A DNA stretch of 64,000 bases from Candidatus Kuenenia stuttgartensis (GTDB taxonomy: Bacteria > Planctomycetota > Planctomycetia > Pirellulales > UBA1268), in NCBI GenBank assembly GCA_945870505.1, contig CAMBSN010000003.1:824-64823 (forward strand), in the 5' to 3' direction. Under the pieces are notes generated by a model. The model saw only the letters and a program-made list of their open reading frames with translations. It was not told the origin of the DNA and made no database searches. Position numbers and translations under genes: made by a program. Shown here in pieces: positions 53,256 to 63,423 of the stretch (within the stretch, counting starts at the first letter, position 1; each line of letters begins with the position of its first letter).

Positions 53256-53570
53256 TGACAGAAAACTCCTCGGGATGGTCTCGTGCGGCCGCGAACGGGT
53301 CGCGTTCCGTTCAGGGCACTGTCGAGTCAGGGCACTGTCGTGAATCGAAGCCGCCGCACTGCGACGGACCATCGACTCACCGTCGAGTCGACGAATCCTC
53401 CGATGGCGCGCAGGCCTCGGCGGACACAGCGACCTTCAGAGCCGGCTAAATACTCAGGAACAAATGGGGAGCTAGGCAGGATCGGCAGGGACGGGCAAGC
53501 AAACGCAAATACTATACCATTTGGCGATAAGGAGCAAACCTCCCAACACCAAACGGGGTTTTTCACGCGT

Positions 53571-53996
53571 TTACTTGATCGCGACCTTGGCGCCGGCCTC
53601 TTCCAGTTCCTTCTTCAGCTTCTCGGCGTCGGCCTTCGAGATGCCTTCCTTCACCTTGGAAGGGGCGCCTTCGACCGTGTCTTTGGCCTCCTTGAGACCT
53701 AGGCCAGTCGCAGCACGCACCACCTTGATGACGCCGATCTTGTTGTCGCCGAACGCCTCGAGAATGACGTCGAACTCGGTCTTCTCGACGGCAGCTTCAG
53801 CCCCGGCACCGCCGGCAGCGCCACCGGCACCAGGAGCAGCCATCATGACCGCGCCGCCAGCCGCCGGCTTGATGCCGTGAACTTCGTCGAGGTAATCGGA
53901 CAACTCCTTCGCTGCCTTCAGGGTGAGGCCGACGATCTTGTCGCCGAGGTCCTTCGTGTCCTTCGAGAATTCACGCGTCGCTTCAGCCGTTGCCAT
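53571..53996 (-). CDS. rplL: 50S ribosomal protein L7/L12
   Basis: [24 protein letters not shown]. Confidence 0.97.
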   Translation of the reverse strand: MATAEATREFSKDTKDLGDKIVGLTLKAAKELSDYLDEVHGIKPAAGGAVMMAAPGAGGAAGGAGAEAAVEKTEFDVILEAFGDNKIGVIKVVRAATGLGLKEAKDTVEGAPSKVKEGISKADAEKLKKELEEAGAKVAIK

Positions 53997-54191
53997 CGCT
54001 CGAGGTCCTTTCAGTTCAAAAATCGCGGTATCGCCGGACGATCCGGTGACCGCTGGATGTGGTGAAAAATGCCGAATGTGGGGTGTCGTACCGTCGGTCC
54101 AAACTACCGTGGGCCCGGCAGCCGAGCCCTTTGTCATACCATGGGAAATCGTGGAGTGAAGCCCGTCCCAAAAATCTCGGGGCGAACCGGG

Positions 54192-54743
54192 TCAGGAAGC
54201 AGCCGCCTCCCCGCCACTAGCCTTTTCCAGGTCTTCGACCCGTGACTTGAGCTGGCCCGCCAGAGTGCCGCCAGCCGACAGAATCTGTCCGGAAAGCGTG
54301 CCGCCGAGCGAGCTAATCTGCCCAGAGAGGATCGAGAGCTGCTCCGACCGCGTGGGCCACTTGGCAACTCGCTTGACGTCTCCGGCATCGAGCTTTGCCC
54401 CATCGAGGGCTCCGCCACGGCACTCGAAGCCTTCGAAATCCTTCACTCCCTGGAGGCGGTCGAGTTCCTTCGCCAGATCGACGACATCCTCGCCACCCCA
54501 GGCGATCGCCAGCATTCCCTCAGCCCGGTCAAAGGCCGGCGCGAGCGGCGTCCCCTCCATCGCTCGACGGGCGAGGCTGTTCTTCACGAGTTGCAGGCTG
54601 ATTCGCTTCTTGCGAAGCGATTGCCGCAGTTGCGTGGTCTTTTGGGCATCGAGCTTCCCGAGGCTGACAACGATGACGTCGCCAACTCCCGTGAGGCGGC
54701 CCTTGAGATCGTCGACCAGCATGTCCTTGATGGCTTTGCTCAT
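54192..54743 (-). CDS. rplJ: 50S ribosomal protein L10
   Basis: LRQSLR, VKNSLARRA; position between rplA and rplL. Confidence 0.93.
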   Translation of the reverse strand: MSKAIKDMLVDDLKGRLTGVGDVIVVSLGKLDAQKTTQLRQSLRKKRISLQLVKNSLARRAMEGTPLAPAFDRAEGMLAIAWGGEDVVDLAKELDRLQGVKDFEGFECRGGALDGAKLDAGDVKRVAKWPTRSEQLSILSGQISSLGGTLSGQILSAGGTLAGQLKSRVEDLEKASGGEAAAS

Positions 54744-54790
54744 GGCAAACGGAATCCGGTGAAACGTGGAAGTGAAAGGTGAGGAGACTG

Positions 54791-55471
54791 TCAGACGGCG
54801 ACCATCACGCCGGGCGTCATCGTGCCCGAAATCGAGATGCTCTTGAGGTACTGGCCGCGAACGCTCGACGGCTGCATGCCGACGATGTGGTCGACGAAAG
54901 CACGAATGTTGTCGACGAGTTTGGTGGCGTCGAAGCTCGCCTTGCCGACGACGGCATGCACGATGCCCGTGGGATCGTTGCGGAACTCGACCTTACCAGC
55001 CTTGTACTCGCTCACCGTCTTCTTGATATCGGCGGTCACGGTCCCGGCGCGGGGGCTCGGCATCAGTCCTCGGGGGCCGAGCACCTTTCCGAGCGGGCCC
55101 ACCAGGCCCATCATGTCGGGGGCGGCGATGCAGACGTCGAAGTCCGTCCAGCCTTCCTTGATCTTCTTGGCGAGGTCGTCGGCGCCAACTTCCTCGGCAC
55201 CGGCGGCTTTCGCGTCATCGGCAAGGTTGCCCTTGGCGAAGACCACGACCCGCTTTGACTTCCCGATACCGTGGGGAAGCACGATCGAACCGCGGATGAT
55301 CTGGTCAGCCTGCTTCGGATCAATGCCGAGCCGCAGATGGATTTCAACGGTCTGGTCGAACTTGGTCGGAGGAAACTTCTTGAGCACGGCGACTGCCTCC
55401 GCCACCGGGATGGCGTCGTCGGTCTTCGGCTTCACGGCGAGCATTGCCCGCATGCGCTTGTTCGTGGCCAC
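54791..55471 (-). CDS. rplA: 50S ribosomal protein L1
   Basis: [26 protein letters not shown]; GTG start. Confidence 0.97.
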   Translation of the reverse strand: MATNKRMRAMLAVKPKTDDAIPVAEAVAVLKKFPPTKFDQTVEIHLRLGIDPKQADQIIRGSIVLPHGIGKSKRVVVFAKGNLADDAKAAGAEEVGADDLAKKIKEGWTDFDVCIAAPDMMGLVGPLGKVLGPRGLMPSPRAGTVTADIKKTVSEYKAGKVEFRNDPTGIVHAVVGKASFDATKLVDNIRAFVDHIVGMQPSSVRGQYLKSISISGTMTPGVMVAV

Positions 55472-55532
55472 TATGATCCTCGAATCTCGATTGGGGTGAA
55501 CTGGTGTGAGTACGTGGATGGAAGCGAAGGCG

Positions 55533-55958
55533 TCAGCCCTCGACGACGATGCCCATGCTGCGGGCCGTGCCCTCGACCATGCGGCGGGCATGCTCGCCAT
55601 CGCGGGCGTTGAGGTCTGCCCCCTTTAGCCGGACGATATCATCGAGTTGGGCCTTCGTCACCTTGCCGACCTTGTCTTTGTTGGGCACGCCCGAACCCTT
55701 CGCCAGGCCAGCGGCCTTCTTGAGGAGCGCGGCGGCAGGAGGGCTCTTGGTGATGAACTCGAATGAGCGGTCGTTGTAGACCGTCACCACCACCGGGATC
55801 GGCATGCCGGCCGCCTCTCGGGTGCGGTCGTTGAACTGCTGCACGAACTGGCCGAGGTTAATTCCAAACCGACCGAGCGAGGTGCCCACTGGGGGCGCCG
55901 GGGTCGCCTGGCCACCAGGAACCTGAAACTTTGCCTGACCAACAACCTGCTTCGCCAT
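55533..55958 (-). CDS. rplK: 50S ribosomal protein L11
   Basis: [24 protein letters not shown]. Confidence 0.97.
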   Translation of the reverse strand: MAKQVVGQAKFQVPGGQATPAPPVGTSLGRFGINLGQFVQQFNDRTREAAGMPIPVVVTVYNDRSFEFITKSPPAAALLKKAAGLAKGSGVPNKDKVGKVTKAQLDDIVRLKGADLNARDGEHARRMVEGTARSMGIVVEG

Positions 55959-56064
55959 CTCGTCGACCTTTCTTCGTCAGCCGTCCGTTGATTCCGATCA
56001 CCCAGTTCCGATTCACTGGCCCGTCGCGGGCCCGACTCTACTCTCGAACCGCACCGCGTGCCGC

Positions 56065-56790
56065 TCACACCGACTCGATTTGCCAGTATTCAATATCGAC
56101 CGGCGTTGATCGGCCGAAGATGCTGAGCATCACCGTCACGCGGCCGTTCGCCTCGTCGATCTGCTCGACCTCGCCTTCGAAGTTCTCGAAGGTGCCCTCG
56201 TTGATCTTCACGCGGTCGCCCTTCTTGAAGGTGATCTTCAGGCGAGGCTGGTCGTCGGTCTTCTCCTCGCTCTTGTTGAGGAGTTTGGCGACATCCTGGG
56301 GAAGCATGGGGCTGGGACGACCGGCCGATCCGGTGAAGTCTCCGATGCCCCCGGTCTCCCGGACCAGGTACCACGTCTCGTCGTTCAAGATCATGTTCAC
56401 CAGGATGTATCCCGGATAGAGCTTGCGAGAAACGACGCGTTTTTTGCCCCCTTTGAACTCGGTGACCTGCTCCTTCGGCACGATCACTTCGCCGAACCAC
56501 TTGTCCATGCCTTGCATGGAGATGCGGCGGAGGAGGGTTTCGCGGATCGAGTCTTCCCGGTTGCTCTGCACCTTGAGGATGTACCAGTGTCGTTCGCCCA
56601 CCACGGGCGAGTCGTCGTCGGCCGCGAGCTCGATCGGCTTGGCGTTTTCGTCGCCGGCAAACGGGTCTGCGACCTCAGCGGGAGTGCCGTCATCCTCGAC
56701 GTCGTCAACGGCGGGCGCGTCAACCGACGCAACCACCTCGTCGGCGGGCAGCTTCTCGTGCTCGTTCGTCGCGTCGTCGGTCATGGCCAT
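56065..56790 (-). CDS. nusG: Transcription termination/antitermination factor NusG
   Basis: WYILKV, YPGYILV, KOW GDRVKINEGTF, IFGRSTPV. Confidence 0.96.
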   Translation of the reverse strand: MAMTDDATNEHEKLPADEVVASVDAPAVDDVEDDGTPAEVADPFAGDENAKPIELAADDDSPVVGERHWYILKVQSNREDSIRETLLRRISMQGMDKWFGEVIVPKEQVTEFKGGKKRVVSRKLYPGYILVNMILNDETWYLVRETGGIGDFTGSAGRPSPMLPQDVAKLLNKSEEKTDDQPRLKITFKKGDRVKINEGTFENFEGEVEQIDEANGRVTVMLSIFGRSTPVDIEYWQIESV

Positions 56791-56832
56791 CGGTCCGGCG
56801 TGTGGTGAAAAGATGAAGGAGTGGGGGAACGA

Positions 56833-57306
56833 TCAGCTCGTACGAAGCACAAGCCGGAGCACGAACCACCAAAACAGATCGTAACCAGCAAGAATCGCGG
56901 CGAGCGCGAAGATCAGGAAGATGATGACGGCCGAACTCCGAATAACCTCTTCGGCGGTGGGCCACGACACCTTCGCCACTTCCGACTCGACCGCAATCAG
57001 AAAGTCGGCAAACATCGGGATATTGACCAACCGGTAGCAGAGCCAGAGACCGAGCGCCGCCAGGCCGCCCGGCACCAGGAACCGCACCACGCCCAGATCG
57101 GCACCTCCAGCGAAACCCGCGAGCGAGTTGTCGCCACCGCCGTACTGGATCGCCAACAACTGCGAAAGCCGCCACACGCCAAGCGCGACGATCGTCGCGA
57201 GCGCTGCAAACGTGACCTGACGGGTGACCCGCCCCTGATTCCGTTTGTAGACGGAAAAACTGAGGATGTCCCCCCAGATACCTGCGGATTTGACGTTTTC
57301 CTGCAT
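56833..57306 (-). CDS. secE: Preprotein translocase SecE
   Basis: FLIAVESEVAKVSWPT followed by TM; synteny. Confidence 0.92.
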   Translation of the reverse strand: MQENVKSAGIWGDILSFSVYKRNQGRVTRQVTFAALATIVALGVWRLSQLLAIQYGGGDNSLAGFAGGADLGVVRFLVPGGLAALGLWLCYRLVNIPMFADFLIAVESEVAKVSWPTAEEVIRSSAVIIFLIFALAAILAGYDLFWWFVLRLVLRTS

Positions 57307-57419
57307 GGCGGACCTCACGCGTTCCGTCGCCCGAATCCCATCCTGTGAAACCAGAACCAACAAACCCGGACCAATCGACCTCTTCCCCATCCCACCGCGT
57401 GCCGCCGAGCGGCCGCGTG

Positions 57420-57492
57420 CAGGGGCGGCGGGGATCGAACTCGCAACCTCTGGTTTTGGAGACCAGCGCTCTGCCAGTTGAGCTACGCCCCT
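57420..57492 (-). tRNA. tRNA-Trp(CCA)
   Basis: AGGGGCG acceptor stem, CTGGT-CTCCAAA-ACCAG anticodon arm. Confidence 0.95.
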
Positions 57493-57501
57493 GTGGAGTA
57501 G

Positions 57502-57528
57502 GAGGGGGCCCGATTGCCGGGCCCCCTC
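57502..57528. other. GC-rich hairpin between tuf and tRNA-Trp
   Basis: GAGGGGGCCCG-attgc-CGGGCCCCCTC; no clear U-tract. Confidence 0.45.
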
Positions 57529-57537
57529 CTCTCGAAA

Positions 57538-58737
57538 TCAATCAAGGATCTTTGTGACCACGCCTGAGCCGACCGTCTTTCCACCCTCGCGGATGGCAAA
57601 GCGGACGCCGTCGTCCATGGCGATCGGCACCATCAGCTCGACCTCCATCTTGACGTTGTCGCCCGGCGAGCACATCTCGACGCCGCCGAGCAGCTTGGTC
57701 GAGCCGGTCACGTCGGTCGTGCGGAAGTAGAACTGCGGGCGGTAGCCGGCGAAGAACGGCGTGTGACGGCCACCCTCCTCCTTCGACAGCACGTAGACCT
57801 CGCACTCAAACTTCTTGTGGGGCTTGATCGAGCCCGGCTTGGCAAGTACCTGGCCGCGCTCAATGCCCTCGCGAGCGATGCCGCGGAGGAGGCAGCCGAC
57901 GTTATCGCCAGCCTGACCACGATCCAGCAGCTTCTTGAACATTTCGACGCCGGTCACGGTCGTCTTCTCGGCCTTGTCCTTGAGGCCGATGATTTCGACT
58001 TCATCACCGACCTTCACCTCACCGCGCTCGATACGGCCCGTCGCCACCGTGCCACGGCCTTCGATCGAGAACACGTCCTCGATGGCCATGAGGAACGGCT
58101 TGTCGAGCTCACGAATCGGCTCGGGGATATAGCTGTCGACCGCGTCGAGCAGGTCGGCGATGCACTTGTTCTTCGCCGGGTCGGCGGGGCTGTCGTAGGC
58201 CGGCTTGCCGGCACCACGAACGATCGGCACGTCGTCGCCCGGGAAGCCGTACTTCGTCAGCAGTTCGCGGATCTCCATCTCGACGAGGTCGAGGAGTTCC
58301 GGATCGTCGACGAGGTCCACCTTGTTGAGGAACACGACCAGGGCAGGCACACCGACCTGCTTGGCCAGCAGGATGTGCTCCCGGGTCTGGGGCATGGGGC
58401 CGTCGGCCGCACTCACCACCAGGATCGCGCCGTCCATCTGGGCGGCACCAGTGATCATGTTCTTGATGAAGTCGGCGTGACCCGGGCAGTCGATGTGGGC
58501 GTAGTGACGCTTCTCGGTCTCATACTCCACGTGACTGACCGCGATTGTCACCGTCTTCGTATCGTCGCGGACGGTGCCGCCCTTGGCGATGTCGGCGTAG
58601 CTCTTGGCGACGGCCAGATTCTTGGCCGCCTGCACCGCAACCAGAGCGCCCGTGAGGGTCGTCTTGCCGTGGTCAATATGCCCGATCGTGCCGACGTTGA
58701 CGTGCGGCTTGCTCCGCGTGAACGTGTCCTTTGCCAT
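57538..58737 (-). CDS. tuf: Elongation factor Tu
   Basis: [31 protein letters not shown]. Confidence 0.99.
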   Translation of the reverse strand: MAKDTFTRSKPHVNVGTIGHIDHGKTTLTGALVAVQAAKNLAVAKSYADIAKGGTVRDDTKTVTIAVSHVEYETEKRHYAHIDCPGHADFIKNMITGAAQMDGAILVVSAADGPMPQTREHILLAKQVGVPALVVFLNKVDLVDDPELLDLVEMEIRELLTKYGFPGDDVPIVRGAGKPAYDSPADPAKNKCIADLLDAVDSYIPEPIRELDKPFLMAIEDVFSIEGRGTVATGRIERGEVKVGDEVEIIGLKDKAEKTTVTGVEMFKKLLDRGQAGDNVGCLLRGIAREGIERGQVLAKPGSIKPHKKFECEVYVLSKEEGGRHTPFFAGYRPQFYFRTTDVTGSTKLLGGVEMCSPGDNVKMEVELMVPIAMDDGVRFAIREGGKTVGSGVVTKILD

Positions 58738-58799
58738 CGTTTCTCCCTGAGGGGTCCTCTTCTGGTGGTTATTGGGTTAGGGGGTACGAACGAACGAAA

Positions 58800-58872
58800 A
58801 GCTGCTGAAGGGACTTGAACCCTTGACCTCGTCCTTACCAAGGACGTGCTCTACCAACTGAGCTACAGCAGC
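58800..58872 (-). tRNA. tRNA-Thr(GGT)
   Basis: GCTGCTG acceptor stem, CGTCC-TTGGTAA-GGACG. Confidence 0.95.
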
Positions 58873-59030
58873 GTGGTGCATCGAAGCGCCGCGGCCGCCG
58901 CGGCCCTGGATCCTGGGGTTGTATTTGGTGGTTGTTGTGGGGTGTGGGTGATGCTGATTCGGTTCGGGGTGTATCGGTGAGGAACGTGCGGGCGGTTGAG
59001 GAAGGGCCGTTTACTCCGGGAAACCGCCAA

Positions 59031-59101
59031 AGCGGGTAGAGGGAATCGAACCCTCGTCTTTAGCTTGGAAGGCTATTGCTCTACCATTGAGCTACACCCG
59101 C
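59031..59101 (-). tRNA. tRNA-Gly(TCC)
   Basis: GCGGGTG acceptor stem, TAGC-CTTCCAA-GCTA. Confidence 0.95.
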
Positions 59102-59114
59102 GCGGGGATGAGAC

Positions 59115-59196
59115 TGGGGAGTGCAGGATTCGAACCTGCGAAGGCAATGCCATCAGATTTACAGTCTGACCCCTTTGACCGCTCGGGAAACTCCCC
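59115..59196 (-). tRNA. tRNA-Tyr(GTA)
   Basis: GGGGAGT acceptor stem, TCAGA-CTGTAAA-TCTGA, long variable arm. Confidence 0.95.
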
Positions 59197-59407
59197 TCTC
59201 TGGTGAACTCTGAACTCCTCCGGATCTTTCCGGTGCGTGTGCTGGTGGTGACGGTCGTGTCTTCCGTATCGGGTGGACGCTCGTGCTTCGCTCGCTGATC
59301 GATCAAGTAACGGGCCGCGAGGCCCCACCGCGGCTTGCGCACCGGCTGAGGCGAGTCGCCCGCACGATGCCCTCGACCGGCTGTGCCGCGCGACGGCCGT
59401 CATGGTG

Positions 59408-59480
59408 AGCTAGCGGCGGGAGTTGAACCCGCAACCTGCTGATTACAAATCAGCTGCTCTGCCAATTGAGCTACGCTAGC
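59408..59480 (-). tRNA. tRNA-Thr(TGT)
   Basis: GCTAGCG acceptor stem, GCTGA-TTTGTAA-TCAGC. Confidence 0.95.
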
Positions 59481-59506
59481 GGCCGGTCGGAACCGCGAAA
59501 CATTGA

Positions 59507-59534
59507 AGTGTACGGATTCGATCTTCGCCTGCAA
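59507..59534 (-). promoter_or_regulatory. Putative sigma70 promoter of the tRNA-tuf operon
   Basis: TTGCAG-16 nt-TACACT on the minus strand, 26 nt upstream of tRNA-Thr(TGT). Confidence 0.5.
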
Positions 59535-59615
59535 GATGGGCGTTTTCACCGGCCAAGACCTGCATTTCGGCCCCGGCAATCCTCCCGCAAGCCCCGGCCG
59601 CCATGGGAATGCTGT

Positions 59616-60800
59616 TCAGGGGAAAACCAGCTCCAGCATCGAGAAATCATCGTGAAAATCGTCCTGCTGGGCCACGGATCGCACCTTGGTGACCAGGGTG
59701 TCGATCGGGCTTTCTGACCCCATCGCTGGGGCAGTCAGCGTGGCCACAAACTCCTCAAACGGCCACATTGAGCCGTCGGGCCGGCTGATCTCGAAGGCCC
59801 CGTCGCTGTAGACAAAAACCCTTCCACCAGGGGGAACTTCGGCTTCGCTCGACTCAAACTCGAGTCCGTCCACCGCTCCGATCAACGGGCCGTCGGAATC
59901 GAGTCGCTGCGGGGCCGACGCCCCCGCGGCGATCAGGAGAGCAGGCGGGTGCCCGCCGCCTGCCCAGCGGAGCATCCGCGTACCGCGGTGAAACACTCCA
60001 TACCAGATCGTGAAGAACATGTCGTTCTGCCGTTCCATTGGAAAGGCCTTGTTGAGGGCCGCGAGCACCGCCCCGGGATCATGGAAGTCGGTGTGCGGGA
60101 GGGCCTCGCTGCGGATCGCATTGAGAGCCGATACCGATAGCAGCGCCGCACCCACCCCGTGGCCACAGACGTCGAGGAGGTAGACGGCAAAGTGGTCGGC
60201 ATCGAGGTCGTGGTAGCCGAAGGCGTCGCCCCCGAGGGCGGCCGATGGGATGAACCGCCAATCGGCCCGCACGCCGCCACGCTCCTGTGGCGGGGGCAGC
60301 AGTGATCGTACGTAGTCAGCGGCGGTCGCCAGGTCGTTTGCCAGCACCTGCCGGCTGGCCTCGAGCGCCGTAAAGGCCTCATTCCGCTCGACCAGCGCCA
60401 CATAGCCCCGTGAGTGGTAGCGGACGCGGGCAAGCAGTTCGAGCCGGTCGGGCAGTTTCACGACGTAGTCGTTGGCCCCGACCGCAAAGGCTTCGGCCTT
60501 CACTGCCGGCTCTTCCTTCGTCGAGAGCACGATGATTGGCACGTCGCGAAACCGCTCGTCAGCCCGGAACTGCCGCACGAGCGTGAGGCCGTCGATCTCG
60601 GGCATCACGAGATCCTGCAGGATGACGGTCGGATGGACCTCGGCCGCCTTGGTTAGAGCAGCGGGCGCATCCTTGCAGTAGTGGAACGAGATGCCCTCCT
60701 CGCCAGAGAGCATTCGCCTGACAGCCTCGCCGATGATCGGCTGGTCATCAACAAGAAGCACGGTGACGCCCCTTTGGGGCGGGGCTTTCGAGGGGGCCAC
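59616..60800 (-). CDS. Response regulator with PP2C/SpoIIE phosphatase domain
   Basis: VLLVDD, ILQDLVMPEIDG, LGGDAF, LLDVCGHG, YSDGAFE, DDFS; GTG start inferred from GAGGA SD. Confidence 0.9.
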   Translation of the reverse strand: MAPSKAPPQRGVTVLLVDDQPIIGEAVRRMLSGEEGISFHYCKDAPAALTKAAEVHPTVILQDLVMPEIDGLTLVRQFRADERFRDVPIIVLSTKEEPAVKAEAFAVGANDYVVKLPDRLELLARVRYHSRGYVALVERNEAFTALEASRQVLANDLATAADYVRSLLPPPQERGGVRADWRFIPSAALGGDAFGYHDLDADHFAVYLLDVCGHGVGAALLSVSALNAIRSEALPHTDFHDPGAVLAALNKAFPMERQNDMFFTIWYGVFHRGTRMLRWAGGGHPPALLIAAGASAPQRLDSDGPLIGAVDGLEFESSEAEVPPGGRVFVYSDGAFEISRPDGSMWPFEEFVATLTAPAMGSESPIDTLVTKVRSVAQQDDFHDDFSMLELVFP

Positions 60801-60930
60801 GGCGACGGTTTCCTCGCGTATTTCAGATCTGTGGAGAATGCTATCACAGCCGGCAGGTTGCAGGATTCTGTGGGCCGACGTTGAATCGTGGCATTCAGTC
60901 CCGGGCCCAAAGGACGTGGAGAACGAGCCA

Positions 60931-63423
60931 ATGGCAGGCGAAAAAAAGCAGTCGCGGTCGCGGACCAAGCCGCAGGATCCGGTGCCCGCTGCCATCGAGG
61001 GGCTCGGAGTCTTCTACCTTGGGAAGAAGGTCGATGCCGACCGGGGGACGCCCACGGGCGAGCCCGTGCTCGTGGATGCCAAGCGGTTCACGACCCACGC
61101 CGTCTGCGTCGGCATGACTGGCAGCGGCAAGACAGGCCTGCTCATCGGCCTCATTGAGGAGGCGGCGATCGACGGCATCCCCACGCTGGTCATCGATCCC
61201 AAGGGCGACCTCGCCAACGTCCTGCTCTCGTTTCCCGACCTCGCCCCGACCGACTTCCTGCCATGGCTCGAGCCCGAGGCGGCGAAGCGCGATGGTATTT
61301 CGCTGGAGGAACTCGCCGACCACACCGCGAAGAAGTGGGCCGACGGCCTCGCCGCGAGCGGCCAGTCGGGCGAGCGGATTCGGCGGCTCCACGAGGCGGC
61401 CGAGATGGCCGTGTACACGCCCGGCAGCCGCACCGGCCGTCCGCTGGCGATGCTCGGAAGCCTCGACGCGCCCCCCGCGGCGATCCTCGACGACCCCGAA
61501 GCTCGCCGCGAGCGGATCGAGTCGCTCGTCTCGGCGATCCTGGCGCTGGTCGGTATCGAGGGGGAGCCGGGCCGCAGCCGCGAACATGTGCTCCTCTCCA
61601 CGATCCTCGACAACCTCTGGAAGAGCGGCCAGAAGGTCGACTTCGGAACGCTCGTGCGGGCGGTTCCGGCGCCGCCGATCGAGCGGGTGGGCTTCCTCGA
61701 CCTGGAAAACTTCTTTCCCGCTGGCGACCGGTTCGCCCTCGCCAGCCGGCTCAACACGGTGGCCGCAGCCCCTGGATTCGACGCCTGGGTCGATGGCGAG
61801 CCCCTCGATCTCAACCGGCTCCTGTGGACGCCCGAGGGCAAACCCCGGGTGGCGGTGGTGTCGATCGCGCACCTCGCCGACGCCCAGCGGATGGCGTTCG
61901 TCACGCTGCTGGCCGGTGCCGCGGTCTCGTGGATGCGATCGCAGGGGGGCACCTCGTCGTTGCGGGCCCTGTTCCTCATGGACGAGGTGTTTGGGTATCT
62001 GCCGCCCACTGCCAACCCACCAAGTAAGACACCGCTCCTCACGCTCATGAAGCAGGCCCGCGCGTATGGCCTCGGTGTGGTGCTGGCCACACAAAATCCC
62101 GTCGACCTCGACTACAAGGGCCTCTCCAACGCAGGCCTCTGGTTCCTCGGCCGGCTGCAGACCGCCCGCGACAAGGCCCGCGTCCTCGACGGACTCGAGG
62201 GGGCCGCGCAGGCCTCCGGGGGTTCGTTCGACCGCGGCCGGCTCGACCGCATGCTGTCGGGGCTCGAACAGCGGCGGTTCCTGATGCACAGCGTGCACGG
62301 CGACGAGGAGACGCTGTTTCAGACCCGCTGGACGATGGCCTATCTCCGCGGCCCGCTGCTTCGGGACGAGATCAAGCGGCTCACGGCGGCCAGCCCGGCA
62401 GCGGCGTCAAACGCGGCGGCTGCCACGCCTGCCGCGATGCCGTCTCCCGCGGCAGCATCGTGGCCTGATGGCGGCCCGCGGCCGATTCTCCCCCCGGGCA
62501 TCCGCGAGGCGTTTCTCGCCCCGAGGGAGGCCGTGCCGCTCGAGGCGTCGATCCGCTACGAGCCCGCGATCATCGGCCGGGCCCGCGTCCGCTACGCGAA
62601 GGCGTCGGCCGGGATCGAGGTCGACCGCGAAGTCGTCTGCCTTGCCCCCGCCGGCGATTCCCTGGGTGAGTCGGCCTGGGAGTCGGCTGAGCAGTTCCCC
62701 GAGTCGCCGCAGATGGAGCCCGCGCCCCGCACCGGCTCGTTCGCGCCGCTCCCCTCCTCGCTCACGAATCCGCGGAGCTACGCCACGCTCGCCACGTCGC
62801 TCAAGAGCCACCTGGGCCGCACCTCGAAGCTCACCTGCTGGTCGGCCCCGGCGATCGGCGCCGTCTCGCGACCGGGCGAGAGCGAGGGAGACTTCCGCGT
62901 GCGGATCGCGCAGCGGGTGAAGGAGTGGCGCGACGGCCAGATCGACAAGGTCCGCGACAAGCACGCCGCCAAGCTTGCCGCGCTCGCCGATCGGATCGAT
63001 CGGGCCCGCCAAAAGGTCGAGAAGGAGAAAGCCGAGGCCCAAAACCAGTCGATGCAGACCTATGTCTCGATTGGTACCGCGGTGATCGGCGCCCTCTTCG
63101 GCCGCAAGAAGATCAGCGCCACCACGATTGGCCGGGCCGCCACGTCGATGCGGTCGGCCAGCCGAGCAACGCGTCAGCAGGCCGACGTGGCCCATGCCGA
63201 GGAGAGCCTCACCACGCTCGAGGAGCGGCGGCACCAGCTCGAAGAGGATGTCGAGCTGGAACTCGACCGCATCCGACTCGAAGCCAGCCCCGACTCGGTC
63301 GCGCTGGAGGAGATCGACGTACCCGCCCGGAAGACCGATATCGCCGTCGACGAGGTGGTGCTCGCTTGGGTGCCCGCCGCATCCTTCAGCCGCCCGCAGG
63401 CCGAACGCGGAGCCTGGGGATGA
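60931..63423 (+). CDS. HerA/DUF853-like P-loop ATPase with C-terminal coiled coil
   Basis: THAVCVGMTGSGKT, IDPKGD, MDEVFGY, LATQNPVDLDYK. Confidence 0.85.
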   Translation: MAGEKKQSRSRTKPQDPVPAAIEGLGVFYLGKKVDADRGTPTGEPVLVDAKRFTTHAVCVGMTGSGKTGLLIGLIEEAAIDGIPTLVIDPKGDLANVLLSFPDLAPTDFLPWLEPEAAKRDGISLEELADHTAKKWADGLAASGQSGERIRRLHEAAEMAVYTPGSRTGRPLAMLGSLDAPPAAILDDPEARRERIESLVSAILALVGIEGEPGRSREHVLLSTILDNLWKSGQKVDFGTLVRAVPAPPIERVGFLDLENFFPAGDRFALASRLNTVAAAPGFDAWVDGEPLDLNRLLWTPEGKPRVAVVSIAHLADAQRMAFVTLLAGAAVSWMRSQGGTSSLRALFLMDEVFGYLPPTANPPSKTPLLTLMKQARAYGLGVVLATQNPVDLDYKGLSNAGLWFLGRLQTARDKARVLDGLEGAAQASGGSFDRGRLDRMLSGLEQRRFLMHSVHGDEETLFQTRWTMAYLRGPLLRDEIKRLTAASPAAASNAAAATPAAMPSPAAASWPDGGPRPILPPGIREAFLAPREAVPLEASIRYEPAIIGRARVRYAKASAGIEVDREVVCLAPAGDSLGESAWESAEQFPESPQMEPAPRTGSFAPLPSSLTNPRSYATLATSLKSHLGRTSKLTCWSAPAIGAVSRPGESEGDFRVRIAQRVKEWRDGQIDKVRDKHAAKLAALADRIDRARQKVEKEKAEAQNQSMQTYVSIGTAVIGALFGRKKISATTIGRAATSMRSASRATRQQADVAHAEESLTTLEERRHQLEEDVELELDRIRLEASPDSVALEEIDVPARKTDIAVDEVVLAWVPAASFSRPQAERGAWG

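Noticed and set aside
54058-56812. Shared TGTGGTGAAAA motif upstream of rplL and nusG
   Set aside because: Short, at different distances from the starts; chance cannot be excluded
57420-59480. tRNAs lacking encoded CCA, and an A-C mismatch in the tRNA-Trp T stem
   Set aside because: Non-encoded CCA is common and one mismatch does not indicate a pseudogene
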